Origin: Candidatus Omnitrophota bacterium
GTDB taxonomy: Bacteria; Omnitrophota; Omnitrophia; Omnitrophales; Aquincolibacteriaceae
Reading direction: 5' to 3'
NCBI GenBank assembly: GCA_903856085.1
Contig: CAIOAT010000047.1
Span: 84,634 to 148,633, forward strand
DNA length: 64,000 bases
The translations under genes were made by a program, and so were the position numbers. The notes beneath the pieces were generated by a model. The model had not been told where the DNA came from. It did not search any database and was given only the letters and a program-made list of their open reading frames with translations. Positions 13,101 to 28,100 of this stretch are shown here, piece by piece; positions within the stretch are counted from its first letter, which is position 1, and each line of letters opens with the position of its first letter.

Positions 13101-16100
13101 TTGTACATGGGGATCGTTCCGTAATTGACGAACTCCTGATCCGTGATGATCCCGTTTTGGAGAAGCATGTAGAGCCCGTTTAAGAATGTGCTCGACGAAG
13201 TCATGGTCGTATCGGTCGAGTCCTTCCCTCTGAGCTCATCCAACTGTTCCTGCGCCATCGACTCATCCAGCGTGGCGCCGGTGATGCCGAGGACATTCAC
13301 CACTCTTTCGTTGAAATCCTGCTGGGATTGGAAATACTTGGGCGAATCGCCCGTGATCTCGCCCACCATGCGCACGAGCTGCTTTTCCGATTCGGTGAGC
13401 CCTAGCTCCATTTTGCTGCCGATCATCGTATCAAGGATCTTGAGACCCACTTCTTTAAAGACCGCGGCCTGTTGTGCCGGGGTGTCCGTCCCGAAGCCGT
13501 AGATATCGAACGACTTGAGGAAGAGCGCGAATGCGGCATCCAGGCTATGGCCCTCGGTACCCGTAAGCATCGGCCGCCACCAGCTCTCCGACCCCATGTC
13601 CGGAATGATGTAATTGTTGGCAAAGGTGCCGTAGAAGAGGTCGTTGAGGGCTTCCGTCAGCGCCTTGAACTGCCTGTAATAGGCCTGATCCAGCACTTCC
13701 TGGCGGGCTTCCGGAGTAAGGAAGTGGTTGTACGGACTATTGTAATCATTGTAAACCAGATACATCTGATGAAGCTCGGTGCCCAAGGCCCGCATGACAC
13801 GGAAAGCCTCTTTGACGACGCCCTCGCCCAGTTGCGCGGCAACATTCTGATAACCGGCCATCTGGCGCAGGCTCGTGATCTTGTTCTCAAGGCCTGCGGC
13901 ATCTACCATGAGCTTGTCGACTTCGCCCCTGTAAGCCACAAGCGCCGTTTTGGCCTTGGAGGTATACGTATCCCAGGCCTGCTTCTCGGCCTCGTCGAAT
14001 TTTCCGTTCACAAGATCGATGCCTGTGGTAGCCGAGGAAGTGGAGAGGACATTCTTGGATCCGGTGCCGCCGACATGCGTGTTGTAGACCCGTTCCAGAT
14101 AAGTCTCGATATTTTCCTCCGGATTCGCGCTCAAGGCCGGCATGTCTTTGGCGGTCTCGAGGTGGAAGATCGTTCCCTTGTAGATATCCACGATCTGATC
14201 GAACCACTTGTCGAACTGATCCGTCATCCAGGTCAGGCCGCGCCCCATCACGTCTGAGGATTCCTCGCCTTTTTTGTTGACGCTCACGGTGATGAACTGA
14301 CCCGGATTTTTCGGATCGGGGATACGGACGTCCTCGATCTGGTCCTTGGTCAGGTACATCGTCATATCGTGGAGGATGCCGAAATTGCCCTCGCTGATGG
14401 ACTCCAAAGGCGATGTCAAATCCAGTTCAAACGGATTGCCCCAAACCTCGGAGAAATCGCCGAGCATGTAACGCACCAGGTAATCGCGGTAAGCCTTCTT
14501 GTATTCGTTCAGCGCATAAACCGTGCTAAGGAACTCCTGCTCCCCGCTCTGACCGGCGAGAGCGCGCTTACGGGCCGCTTCCAGGAGGTACTTCGCCATC
14601 GTGGTCTCGAGGTCTTTTAATTTATCCGCCAGCAGTTTTCCTCCGGACCCGATTTCATTGACATAGTCGCGGTAATAATCCTCCTCAGTTTTCTCGAACC
14701 AATCCTGGGACGCGTCCTTGGAGGTCATATTTTCTTTAATGAGATTCGAATAGGCGCTTAATTGATCCACCTTGGTCGGATCTGTCGGAGCGTAAGCCGT
14801 AACGGACTTTTCCACCACCGTGCGGGTCGGGAGATACTTGTTGAGGATAAAATCCTTGTATTGCTTCGCGAGAGTCCCATCCTCATCCGCATTCGTGGCC
14901 AACGCGGGCATGAAGTCGGTATCAATCGCATTTTCAGGATCAAGACCGGCTTTGGCTTCATTGTTTACGAGATCGAGCACCGTCTTGGTCGCCGCATCAG
15001 TGCCCTTTGCCTTGACCGTTTCCTGATAGGAACTGTTGGCGATCTCGCGTTGAATGATGTAGCGGACCGAGGAGGCGTATTGCAGCTTCCAGGAGAGCGA
15101 GCTGTCGCTATCGAGGATCTTCAGGGCCTTGTCCCGCAGGTTCGCCACGCTGTCGTAACGGCTGGGATCCGTCCGGTTGAGCTCTTCCAACTGAACCGGC
15201 AGATTGTAGGATTCGAGTGAAGTGCGGAGATCCACCGCCAGCTCATTCGTCGAAAATTGCGTCCGGATGTTGCCGTACTCCTGGATAAAACGCTTGGCGA
15301 CATCCACATACTGATAATATTGCGTTGAAATATAGTCGAGCATGTGCATGACAGGGTCCGAATAGAAATTCGGCATGGCGCTGACGTCCGTGATGCTTGA
15401 GCCGATAAGGGTCAGAACGCTCTGGTCCCACTGGCGCTTGATCTGCGTCGCATCGAGCCCGCGGAAGATATCGTCCATCTCAAGGACCAGAGCCTTGTAG
15501 TGGTCGATATTCTCGAGCAGCGGATTCACGATCTCGTGGTTCGAAGAGTCAAAACCGCTGATGGCTTCTTTCGGGTTTTTCATCAGAGTTTCGGTGAATT
15601 GCACCAACTCAGACATGATGCTGTTCAGACGGCTGACGCCTGCCATGCTCACGTTGGCCGAATCGCCGGTATAAACCGTCGAACCCTTATCCCAGATCGG
15701 CTCGATGACGTCCATAAAGAAGGTCTGGAATCCGCTCGCGCTGATCTCCGCCGCGCTCTCGGCCGTGAACGTGTTCGTCATACCCTGGTTCTTGTTCAGC
15801 ATGCCGGCAAGGCTCTTCAAGCCGCTCACGGTGTCAAGTGTCAGGTCCGCGGTCTGCTTGATCGTGTTGTGGAAGAGCATTTCAACCTGGTAGTCGTAGC
15901 GGTCGATCTGGCCGGTGGTGTAATTGTCGGCATTGATCAGGGCATCCTTGGCTGCACTCGTCGGAACAAGGAGGTCCTCGCCTTCCGAAAGGGCCGTGAT
16001 ATCTGTCCAATTCTGGACGTCCTGCGTGAATTTGACCGAATTGGGCTGCGACGATGAGGCCAACAGGAAAGCCAGGACATCTTCCTCCGGAGCTTTTTTG

Positions 16101-19100
16101 TCGGCGAGTTCCGTGGAGCTGACCATGTACGAGGTGCGTCCGCCGACAAGCCGATCGTTCTGGATCGCTGCATTCCGCGTCGAGATCTCCTTGCGAAGTT
16201 CCGCGTCCTTGGCCTGCTCCGTGATGTAGGTCTCGTATTCGGTTCGGGCGATCTCAATCCAGTTCTTGTCAGCGTTGTCGGAATACAACTGACCCGACTG
16301 ATTGTCCTTCGTCGCAAGACCGTTTTGAACCTTGCCCATCAGCTCAGTGTATAAAGTCTTTTTGGCCGTAAAGTACTGGGCTTCCTGGGCAATCATGTTG
16401 TTCATCAACGTGACCAGTTGTCCGCCCGCATGCGCACCGGTGGTTGTGGATGTATACTCGACGCGCTGGATATAATTGTCGTCTTTCACGCCCTTGCTAC
16501 TCACATTGGTATTCCAGTTAACACCATTCGTATTAAGCGATGCCGCTGCCGACAGGGAACCAACGCCTGAAACAGCACCGGAATTCCCCTTAGGTCCAAA
16601 GGCTGTGTAATCCCAACTAAAGAGTTCACTGATAAGCGATGTGTCATTCTTGTAATTGATCTGCATCCGCGGGAATTCTTCGAGGAAGAGATTGCGGACC
16701 GACTTCCCCGCCACGGGCGTCAGGTAATCCCCCGTACCGCAAGCTCCCGTGCTTCCGGAGCCATTGGTGCACTCGTTCAAATACTTTGTCATGAAATCAT
16801 CTACGCTGAGGGTCCCGGTAAAAGCGGGATCGCGCTCCCGAACCTGAACATACCGCTGGATCTCATGCGTCAGGCTGTCATCCAGACTCACAGCGAGATT
16901 GGTCTGCGCGTCCCCGGAGCCTAGCGCAAGAGCCGTCGTCTGATCGTCCGGGTTGAAACTATTCAGCGGGTTGTCGTCCTTGAACATCACCCCCGAGAGA
17001 TCATTCAGGAAGCTCTGGAAATACGAGACCGAGACTTTCCCCGTCGAATCCACGGCGCCGCCTGAAGTAAAGGTCAAATTCCCTACGCTAAAAGTGTCGG
17101 TCTTATCAAAATACGATGAGCCCGGCGTCAGGATCGGGAAATCGAGGCCGTACTCAGACGCCGTATTCTGGGGATTGTTTATAGTATCAACGGCAGCTAT
17201 ACCTCCGGCGACAGCACCCGCAACAGTTCCAGTAGAACCGCCTGAAAGCAAGCTCGCCATCCCGAGCAATGTGGCCAAATAGCCGGCGGTGTTGGTGTAG
17301 TTGCCATCGAGCGGAATTTTCCTGGAGTACCAATCCATGAGGGCACGCGTATTCCCGTTAAACTGAGCCTCACTTGAGACAAGATACTGACCGCCAACCT
17401 TAATGCCCGCGACATCTTGAATCAGCGACCATTGATAGAACTGAGCCTGCAGGGTTTTCATGGAAGTCATGATCGACGTATCCGCCGTCGCGCGGTTCGC
17501 ATCCATTGCCGTGGTAAAATTTGAGAAGGCGGTTTCGATATCCGCCATGGCGGCCTTGAGCGGTGACGCGTCGCGGGCCACAACGCCGGATGAATAGACC
17601 AGACCATCGAGCTGCGGACTTTGGTTCGAAACAATGTCGTAAATATCCCCGTTGATGATGTGATTCGTGTTGTCCCCGCCGGTGGCGCGCGTCACGCTCA
17701 CAAGAGGACTGACCGTCGTGTTCGCCGTAAAACCGTTCTTTCCGAGGTCCCCGGACCCGCCAAGGATGAAATCGAGACGCTCGCGGTATTCCGAGAAATA
17801 CTTTGAGCGAAGTGTCGTCGGCGCAAGCGGATAAGAGGACATGTCTTGCGGGATAAAGGCGAGCGTGGATTTATTCACCAGCGCGGTCGCGTCATAGCTG
17901 GCACCCAGCTGGTAAACACGCGCCTCGATCGACGACGAATCGAACACCTTGGTCAGCGTGATCTTCTTCGTCAGAGAGTCATCACTCAGATCGTTCCCAT
18001 CGGTGATGTTGACCCAGGTATTCCCCACTTTCTTTTGCGGGCGGTAGATCATCGTGGTTCCGGAATATCCCGCCACATCTTGCTTGTTGTAGACCTGGAC
18101 CTTGTAATAGTAGCCGTCTGCATCCTTTTGGACCGTGGACTGATAATCAAAATTCCCGATCGAATCGCTCGTAAGTCCGGTCGCATTCCCGGCAAGACTC
18201 ACGATCGAGCCCGTCTTGGAATCGAATTCAAAGCGGACGGCGCGGCTGGACTGGAAGGCAGCGCTCAGGCCCGCGAGCTGGTCCGCGCTCTCGGTGGTCT
18301 CGTCGTTATGGAGCAGCTCGAGTACCCCGTCGGAGCGGCGGCGCAAGTGGCTGTATTTGGTATAATCGCTGTACTTGGTCGGGATCGTCTGGTTGTAATA
18401 TTCCTCGGCATCTTCCGCGATAAAAACGCCTTGTTCATAGACGAGGACATGCCGCGTATCCTTGAACGGGAGTCCGACCTCGGTCACCCCGAATTGCGGG
18501 GTCAGGTGCTCGATGTAAGTTTCCTTCATCTTCATCGGAACACCGTATTCGTCGCGGATCACCCAGGAATTACGCAAATCAACAGCATTCAGGGGCACAT
18601 CGGCCGAGACGTTTCTCCCCTCCGCTCCGTTCATGGGAACGATATACCGGTCATACGTGTAGGCGCGCACCGTCGCGAACGCCGACCGGTCATCGATACC
18701 TGTTCCACCGCTCAAGAAGGATTGCCTGACAGCGTCGTAGAGGCTGGCATTCTCTGTGCTGAGACCCGCGCCCGGCGCGGAATCGAAGGCGATGTCGTAG
18801 AGCTTTTCGTTTTCACGGCCCATGACTGAGATATTCCCGTCGGAATGAAGGATATAAGTCTCGATCGGCTTGCCCGTGGAGTCTTTCATGATATTGCCGC
18901 TTGTGTCACGCATGTAAGAGTACCGCTCCACATTTCCGGTTCTGTCCACGGTCAGGAGCGTCATCCCCTCGGCATCGGTAATGACTGAAGTGTGGTCCGA
19001 AGTCGCATTGTACAAAGGATTGTTCGTCACCTTCTGCAACTCATCACTGCCGATGGTTGAGCTGAATATCTGACTGACCCACGAACCGTCACCGTTTTTG

Positions 19101-22100
19101 ATCTTGCTGGGGTCGGTATGGGCGATCGTCAAGACCGGTCCGTTCGTGCTGCTCTGGTAATAGTCGTAGTAGTGAGTGACGCCGTCAGATTCCACGGTCC
19201 GGTCGATCCTCTCCTGGCCGCGGGGACCGCTATAATACGTGAAGGTGATCTGACTTTGCTCGACGCCGGTTTGCGGATAAGCCACCGCCGTGGTCTGGAC
19301 CAGCCGGTCATTTGCATCGCGATAATAAGTCGTGTAGGAATAGATCTCGTTCTGGAGGCTATAGCCGGTGATGTTCCCGGAGGCATCGCGCGTCGGACGG
19401 GCCGCCTGGCGGTACTGCTCCGTCGCCTTGATGAGTTCAAAGCCCTTGGATCCCGTGTACTCCTGGACCACGAGGATCGGTGTGGCCTCGCTCGCCTCAA
19501 GATGTTTGATCATCGGATCCTGACCCGAGAGCAGTTGAATCAGCGTTGTGTTCTCAAGGGAGAGTGTCACCACCTCAGTGATCGCGCCGTAAGAATCGTA
19601 ATGATAGATATCCACAGATTCCACGTCTGCGACGCTGTCGGCCCGGAGCTTCACGGCACGGTAGACTTTCTCCTTGCCCTGGTCGCCGGCGTAGAAAATA
19701 TAGGTGTGCTGGAAGGATCCGCTCGAGTAATACGTCGTCTGCAGCACGAAATCCATGTCACCCGCATCGCTCGCCCCGTCCTTGTCCATATCGAATAGTT
19801 TGAGATCAAGACCCGTCGTGCTCTCGCTGCCGCCGGCCTCTGCGCCGTATTGATAGGCATTATTCTGATTCGAGGTCTGGGCGGAATTCGGCGGAGGAAG
19901 ATCTAGCGCGGTTCTCCGGCCACGCGCCAGGCTATCCTGTACATTGATCAGCTGGCGATCGCCCGTGACCGATACGGCATGCTCATAATCTTTCTCACCT
20001 TCATAAATCGTTTCGACCATGGTTTTCTTCAAGGTCGTACCGTCGGGAGTTTCCATCGGCTCAAACGCGATCAGTTGTGTCTTCCTCAACGCCCCCGTCT
20101 GCGGATCGTAGAAATTGAAGATGCGCTGTTTGGGATACCGGTCGGTTCCAGTAATGGCATCCGCTTCTTTGAGATCCGCGGTGTACAAAGGCGCAAGGGC
20201 ATTCGCGTCACTTCCCATGTCCAGATATTCATCCGTGGTCAGAAGGACTTCTTTCCCGCTCGACCCTTCATAGATCGCCTGACCGGTGATCTGGTAGCTG
20301 TCCTTTCTCATGTAATCCACGCGCTGCAAAGCGCCGTCGGTTCCATACCACGAATAGTTCGTCGTCAGGACGGAGCCGTCCGGAGCGTAATTCGTGACCT
20401 TCGAGGTTTTTTCCGCGTCTTTTTCGCCAAAATAATCGATAACGGTGGAGACATAGTATTGAGGCTCACCTTTTTCAGCTTCATTGGAGTAGGTCACGAT
20501 CCTCGTTTGGGCGCCCAAGGATTGGCCGTACTGGGTTGCCTGGGACGAAACATAATTGGCTACTTGGGAACCGCTCGTTGCCGCCTGAAGCGCGACTGTC
20601 GCAATATTCGCCATGCTTTGCAGTTTTACAATGCTTGGATAATCGCTCGTGAGCTTTTGCAACGCATTGACATTCGTCGTGATGCCGGCTTTCAATTTTG
20701 TGATTGTTGCGTTCAGAGTGCTGATATCCGAATTGACGTTGGCTTGGCGCAAGACGCTCAAAAGCTGGTCGATGGTCGTCGAATCCGAAAGAACCTGGTT
20801 CTTGAGCCGGATGCCATCGGAAAGGGCGACGCTATTCTGCAAAATGCTCGTCGGACCTGTAGCGGCCAACTGCGGCAGCATGTTGTCGATCTCCTGGATC
20901 TGTTCGTCGATTCCCGCGATTTTTGTTTCCAGAACATGCCGCGATAAGGCGACCGTCGAATCAACCAGTGGAGAGTGAAGAGTAGCATTAAGCGCATCCC
21001 TCTCGGCCTGCAATGCAGGTTTCGCTTTTGTGGCGGCGTCGCGCGCCGTTTCGACAAAACCCGGGATATTGCTCAGCGCATTCGCGAAATAGCCGCTGTC
21101 GTCTTTTTGCTCGGCTGACTGGAAAGTCGACGATGCGAGGCTGAAGTAAGACTCGGCGAGATTGATGTAGGCGACCGTCAGGTGGATCTTGTTATTTTCC
21201 GTCTCCGGCCTGGCCTTGGCGATGATCGGATCGATCATCGTATGAATGTCCGCAACCCCCTGATCAATCGTGATCCACTGGGGATTAATATCTTTCTTTG
21301 TTTCATCGTAGTAATTCTTCATGGAAGTGGCAGTCTGGAGAGCCTCCGCAATGATCGTTTGATTATCGGTGACAGGCGCGCCGGCGATCCGCTTATAGTC
21401 CCGGGCCATCTCGATCGAGGATAACAGCTGAGCGTTCTCATCCTGCAGGGACTCGAGCTTCGTGATCGTGTTGGAAAGAGTCTGGGCCGTGTACTGAACC
21501 TTGCCGGCCTGAATACTCGCTTTTTCCTTCAGCTGATCCGCCTGATCCCCAAGCCCACGAACTGCCTGCGCCACATACATAGGCACATCGCCGTATTTAT
21601 TGCCATCCCCGACCCCTTCCTGCCCCGAATCGATCGTGTCCCAGAGTTTTTTCGCCGCAGTGGCGATGCCGAGTTTCTTTGCGCCCTCGATCTCCAGGAT
21701 CCTCATGTCGCTCTTGGCCTGGATCATATCCGTAAATTGCTGCGCCATCTCGGCCACAAGTCCGATAGCTCCCGGGTTCGACCCTCCCGCTTTGATCGCC
21801 TCAGACATTTGCGTAGCCTGCTTTCCTTTCGCCTGGGCGGAATCATACGCCTCTTTCATGGCTTTTCTTGCAAGCACCATGGCCTCATACAGAACCTTCG
21901 CCTTCGTTTTTGCCATGACGGGATTCCCGTCCTTATCAAGCAGCCCGGTATCGGTAAATTCCGCCTGCGGATCGCCGAACGTCACGGTCTCGTCCCACGA
22001 AACATCGGTGGTAGGGATCAGATTCGCGGATCCCGACGAAGCGGTGATCTTGGCGGCCTTATCGGCTTTTACATAATCGATCTTCGCAAGATCGGCCCAC

Positions 22101-25100
22101 TCGCGCAGTCTCACAAGCTTGTCTTTTTCCTGCTGAAGGGCGGTTTCTTTTTCGGTCTCTTGAGCTTGAAGATCCGACAGAATCCGGTTCTGATTAAGAA
22201 GATCCGCCTGCTGTGCAGCGATCAGCTGATCAAAATCATTCACGGCTTGAATCTTCGCCATATATTCCGTAATGGCGGTTTCCAGAGCAGCTTTACGAGC
22301 GTCCGTCGGAGATTGAGCAAATTCCTTTTGGAGCTTCCGCATCAGGGCATCAGCATCCGCCGCCTGCTTTTCCGCCTCCGTCTTGAGCGTTTTGAGCAAG
22401 TTGATCTGCGTTTCGATCCCGGACACCTTGTATTCCTGAGGGGTGAGTTTTTCGCGCTTAAAAGTATCCAACGCCGTTTGAAAAACAGCCACGGTCGACG
22501 TCTGATCATTCCATTGCCCCTCGACTGAATCCCACTGGCTCTTTTTCACGTCCCTGTCGGAATTAAGACTCGCGACTTCCGTCAGAAATTTCCGGCGGGC
22601 ATCGAGGAAAGTCGAGATCCACTGGCTCTGCTGGTCGAGCGCCAGCTTGTACTGGTCAAAGATCTGGTAAAGGGCCGCATTCTTCGGATCGACGCGCGAG
22701 AACGCGGACTCCAAAAGGGCCCCGCCGAGATTCGCTCCGGCCTCGGTAAAGAGGACCGCCGGCAGAAGATCATTGATCTGTCCAATCTTTTCGGCCCCGA
22801 TGTTGATCAGATCCGAGAGCACGCGCGATGGAACCGCGGACTCGAGGGCTTGGTCTTCGAGCATCATGCTGGCAAGTCGGTTCACGACATCCGAGAATCC
22901 TTTGGATTTATCGAATAAGTACTGGATATCCTGCTCGACTGAGGAAAGCTGGCCGAACTGCTTTTTAAGCGCCTCGGCATTCGTGCCGCCGATATCCCTG
23001 AAGACCGACGCCTGCTGGGACGCACGGTCCGAGGCCCCTTGCATGGCGGTCTGTTCCTTAAGATCATTCATAAAACCGGCAAGCATGTCCCGGCCCTCGT
23101 TCCCGCCCATCCGGATGCCGTTGAGCTCGCCCTGGACGATATCCCCGAAATCGGCCACGCGCTTGGAGAAATCATAGAGCCTGCTGAGGTTGGACAGATT
23201 GAGCACCTGGTTTCTCCAGACGAGATCGGGGAAAAGCATCGCGTTCAGATTGACCGGCGAATGGACCATATCCGCATACCGGCTGGCGTGATCCTCGGCG
23301 GTGATCAGCGCATACTTGCTGGCTTCCAAATTGCCGTCGGCCGTATCGACCGCCGTTTGCTTTGTTGCAAGGTCTGTCGCGGCCTGGGCCTTCTTGACCT
23401 GATATGCGTCAATTTGTGCGTAGACTCCGGTCGCAACCGTTGCAGGAGTTCCGCCCGCTGCCGGGGTTGCGGGAACTCCCAGTTTATCGGTCAATTCCTT
23501 CATTTGAGCCTTCACAAGATCCAACTGCGCCTGCAAAGCCGCCACAGTATTCGTCTTGGAGTCCACTTCGGCCGTCGCGTCCGCGATCTTTGCCTTCAGA
23601 TCCTGGTATTCCGCGTAGTGAGGATCGTTGACGGGAGGCGGAATAACCGTAAGTCCCAGCGAATTCAATTTGGCTTCAAATGTCGCTTTCTTGCTCTTGG
23701 CGATATCAAGCTGATAACCGGCCAGTCTCTTCTGGTCCGTATATTTCGTCTGATTCAGCATCTTGATATCGACCTGATCGCTCAGGCTCGTCTTAAGCGT
23801 CGTATAATAATCCAGCAGCTCTGCTGCGCGTTCCTTAACGACCTCGGCATCCTTCGCAGCCTTGTTCGCAGCTTCAACAGCATTTTCCTTCTCATTCACC
23901 GCTTGCTGTTTATCTCTGACACCCGCCCAGTCGATCGTTGCGTTTGGGGCGTCGGTCCCATTCAAAAAGCGGTAAGCCTCCGCCGTCATACGTTTGTTGT
24001 AGGCAGCAATGCGACTCGAATCGAGGGTGGTCTTGGCCGTTGTAAACTCTGAGTACGCCGCATCCATGGCGGCTTTCGCCTCATTATAGAAAGTCTGCAC
24101 GTTTTTAAAAGCGGTCGCTGTCATCAGATCGTTCTGAACGTTATATTCCGGGCTCCCTCCGGCGGTGGTATTCAGCTTCCATTCTCCCTCATCAAAAACA
24201 CCGTCCCCGTTTGCGTCGTCCCAGTAACCGTTAGCCTCGCTGCGGGCACGTTGAACGGTTTGCAGTGCTACATACGCCTCGGCCTCCTGCTGGCTGAGAA
24301 GCTCATATTTCGATTTCGCCTGATCAACCTTCTTCTGATTTGCATCCGCCGTGTACTGGGCGTTGTAATAATCCACCCACAATTGGCGCCATGCCGCCTG
24401 GGTGTGGTTGGCAGCAGCGGCCTCCTCAGGAGTTGCCTCCACATAAGCGGTGGTTTGGGTGGGATGTGGTTTGAGGAACGGGAATTCGGCTTTGTAATAA
24501 GCATTCGCCTCGGCGGCGGTCGCAGTCGATGAATTAAAATCACCGCCCACTTTATTCCTATCACCTTTCACCTGATTGTAATAGGCGTCAATCGCTGCCG
24601 TTCTGTTTTGGAGCGCAGCAGCCGCATTCGCGTTCGCTGTCGCGATCTTCGTGTTGAGAGACGTGATCAAGTTGGGGATTTCGACATAAGATTTAGCATT
24701 CAGTTTCGTCAGCTGGTCATTCAGCTGATCGCTGAGTTTCTTTTGTTCCTGCCAAGATGTTTTCGCAGACTGGGTCATCGGATGACTTTCTCCGTAGTCA
24801 GGAGATGCCACCAATTGATCATAGGTCGCTTTGGCATTAACCTCTTTTTCGCTCTGGGCGTCGTATTGGGCCTGGAGAGACGGGATATCGACATTGTCGA
24901 GGATCAGCTTTTCACGCTCGAGTCCCATGATCCTGAGCTGGTTATCAAAAGCACCTTGTTTCTCCAGATCCGCGGTATCGAACACCCCCTGACGGTCGTT
25001 CCCCACCCTCTGCAGCAGCGAAATAGTTCCGCCCAAGCTCTGCGTCCCGGTGATCTGGACCTCAAAGCTGAGCTGCGCTCCGGTGGTGGGATCACTCCAG

Positions 25101-28100
25101 ACGAACTGATCGCTCGACGTGATCGTCTGCCTCGTGCCGTTGGCATTCGCGTAATAGAACTGGCCCTTCGAGGTATCAAATTTGAACTTCACGCTTTGAG
25201 CCGCAACGCCTGGTAGTGCTATCGTCACATCTCCGTTCGTAAGGTTCGGAGGATACGTCGCCGCGGTTTTGACGCCGTCGGTGGTGTAACCGAGCCAGTA
25301 CAAATATTCGTCGTAATACGTGTCGGAGACCTGTGTGTTCGCAGCCGCAGTCTTTTCCTTCCGTTGGGCGGCCTCATAAGCCTCTTTGACCTCGGACTTG
25401 AGCTGGCCGGTCAGGGTATTGGCATCGTCTTCGATCGTGGCCGACAAGCGGTCGATGGCCAAAACGACCCGCGACAACTGCGCTTCCGACTGGTCCAGAA
25501 CGCCCTGGAGCGACGACATATTGGTGATGAATGTCTTCTGGAGCGTCAGGCCGACCTGGATATCGAAATTTTCCTCCCGGCGACGATCGTAGAGATATTC
25601 GCTCATCTTCTGCTGGCTCACAAAGACATCCTCGTCGGCTTTCGCCTGGATGCCGGCGACCTGGAGGGTCCCGACCTGGCTTGTGACCGTCGTCGCCAGC
25701 GCGTCGTACTTCTTCAATTCAGTGTCTTTTTCAGCAAGTAAAGCTCGCATGCTTTTCCCATCCGGATTCTTAGTGGTCTTGACGCCATCTTTATCGAGAT
25801 CCTTGTCAAGTTTGTCAGCAACCTTGTTGAACCGGTCCACAAAAGCCGTGAACGCTGCGTGGGCATCGCTGGCAAGGGCGCGCTTCTGATCCGCCACGTG
25901 TCCGGCAGCTGACAAATACGTTTCCGTCGTGTCACCATCACCGTCATAGTCGTTGGTGTCGGGTTGCTGCGAGAGCCCTAGATTGTCGTAGTAGTTTTGG
26001 GCCTGCGCGGCATCCGCTTCCGCATTCTTCCACGCCGAGCGCAGATCCTCTTTCTGGGTGATAATCTGAGTGTCCGCCTTGGCCAGCTGCAACGCCTTCA
26101 AATCCACTTCCTTGTTATCAAGCGCCGCTTGATACTCGGCCTCGGCCTTGTCAAAATTTTTCAGGATCTGATCGTACCCGATGGCTTCCCAGGTACCGGC
26201 CGTCGCGTTACTATCACCGGAATGTAACGCTTCGAGTTGTTTCTGGAGATCGCTCAGCGTCTTCTCGGCTCCTACCACGGCCGTCGCGGTTGACGTGGCC
26301 GCCGCGCCGTGGAGTTCGCCGTTCGCCTTGGTCTTCGCGTCCTGAGCCAGCTTAAGATCGGCATTGAGCTTATCCGACTCCGCTTGCAACTGCGTCACCC
26401 TGTCGCTCAGGCCCGTGTAATAGGTTTTCTGATCGATGAATTTCGTCAGAACGCTCTCATTCGAAGCGTTCAAGGTGAAAATCGGCTTTTCGATCTCATC
26501 CTGGGGATCATTCGCCGGGTCGAGCGTGCCATCGCCGATCAAATCCGTCACCGTACCGATCGCTCCGTCATAGCTCTTGAAACGGAATCTCTGCAGGAGC
26601 GGAGTGCTTTCATCCGGTTTGCTCATTTCGAGCTTGAATCCATAGGGTGGACGCGCGTCATCCGCCTTTGCCGGGATCGTGATGAACGATCCGTCGATGA
26701 TCGTCCGAGGCGGATCAAAACGCATGACCCGATCCGAAAAGATTGTTGCATTGATCCCGATCGTCTTCTGCATGGCTGCAACCGCATCGGCCCGGACCTT
26801 GGCGTTTGCGCTTTGGAGAAGGGCCGCGGCATTTGCCTTTTCAAGATCGGTTGTGGCATTATTCGAACTCACAATCGTCAGATCCTTCTTCAATTGCGAA
26901 TCCGCTTGCGTCACCGTATCAACGAATTTCTGGTACGCATCCTTCTGTTGAGACGAAGGCATATACGGCAATTTAATCTCCGTGATCACCCATCGACCGA
27001 GCGGTTCGGTTTGGCCTTCGACCGTGGTCTGATCTCCCGCACCGATCCACTGAACCTTCACCTCAACCTCATTTTTCACAAACACCGGCGAGCTCGTCGT
27101 ACGGATAATTTTATCGAGCGGGCATGCCGCCAACGAAACACCGGAAACGCTGCACCCGGCAGCGCTCGAGTAAGTCACATAGCCGGACGACAGCGGAGTT
27201 TCATTCCCGTCGATGACGCCGTTCCCGCAAGTAGATGGATTTCCGCAAACTTGTTGGGCGTTCACAGAATTGGCAGCTTCATCGCCCAGGAGCGCCATAT
27301 CTCCCACGAATGAGTAACCGAGCGTGATCGTCTTCACATCGGAAGTACCCGTCGGGCTGATCGGAAGCGTCAGATACCCGGTCGGCGGAAATGCCGCTTC
27401 CGTAGCGCCCGTTCCCATAGTATTCCTCGAGATCGCTGCTTCCAGATTATCGATGATCTGATAAGCGCTGGTGCCAAGGTCAGGATCAAAAGTGGCAAGA
27501 AGATCGATCATGGATTTGTATTCGTCGAGATAATGCGTGTTCGTCGGCACCCGGGTCGCGTTATGGATCGCCGTTCCGTAACAAGCGGTCGCCGTACCGG
27601 CCGAGGGGCAATCGGGGAACATCGCATCCACCAGCTTCCCGCTTGGTATCTTGAAAGGATTGAATTTTGGATCGCTGATCTTACGCGCGACCGCGACACC
27701 GTTCTCGGTCCCTTGCGGGATCCACTCGTCGCTCGCCCAGATCTGTCCGGCAATGGTTCGGATCTCCTGGCCCAGAACTCCGCCGGCCTTGAGGGTCGCA
27801 TTGGTCGAGCTGGGATCTCCCACCAGTTTCTTGAGCCGGGTCAGCAGATTATTCAGGAGAGCCTTCATTTCCGTGGCGGCCGCAAGTCTTTCCTTGGCCA
27901 TCTCAAGCTCGCGGGTTTTCACGAAGGCCGAGCGTTCCAGAGCATCCACCTTGGATTCCGCGGCGACAAGTTCCGCCTTCTTCGTGTCGTAAGCGGCCTG
28001 GGCATCGGCAAGTTTTTTCTCAAGCGAAGTATCTTTGTAGGTGCCGTCAGCATTCAGTGCGCGCCAGGCATCGCTTGCTTCTTTAAGCATTGCGCTTACG

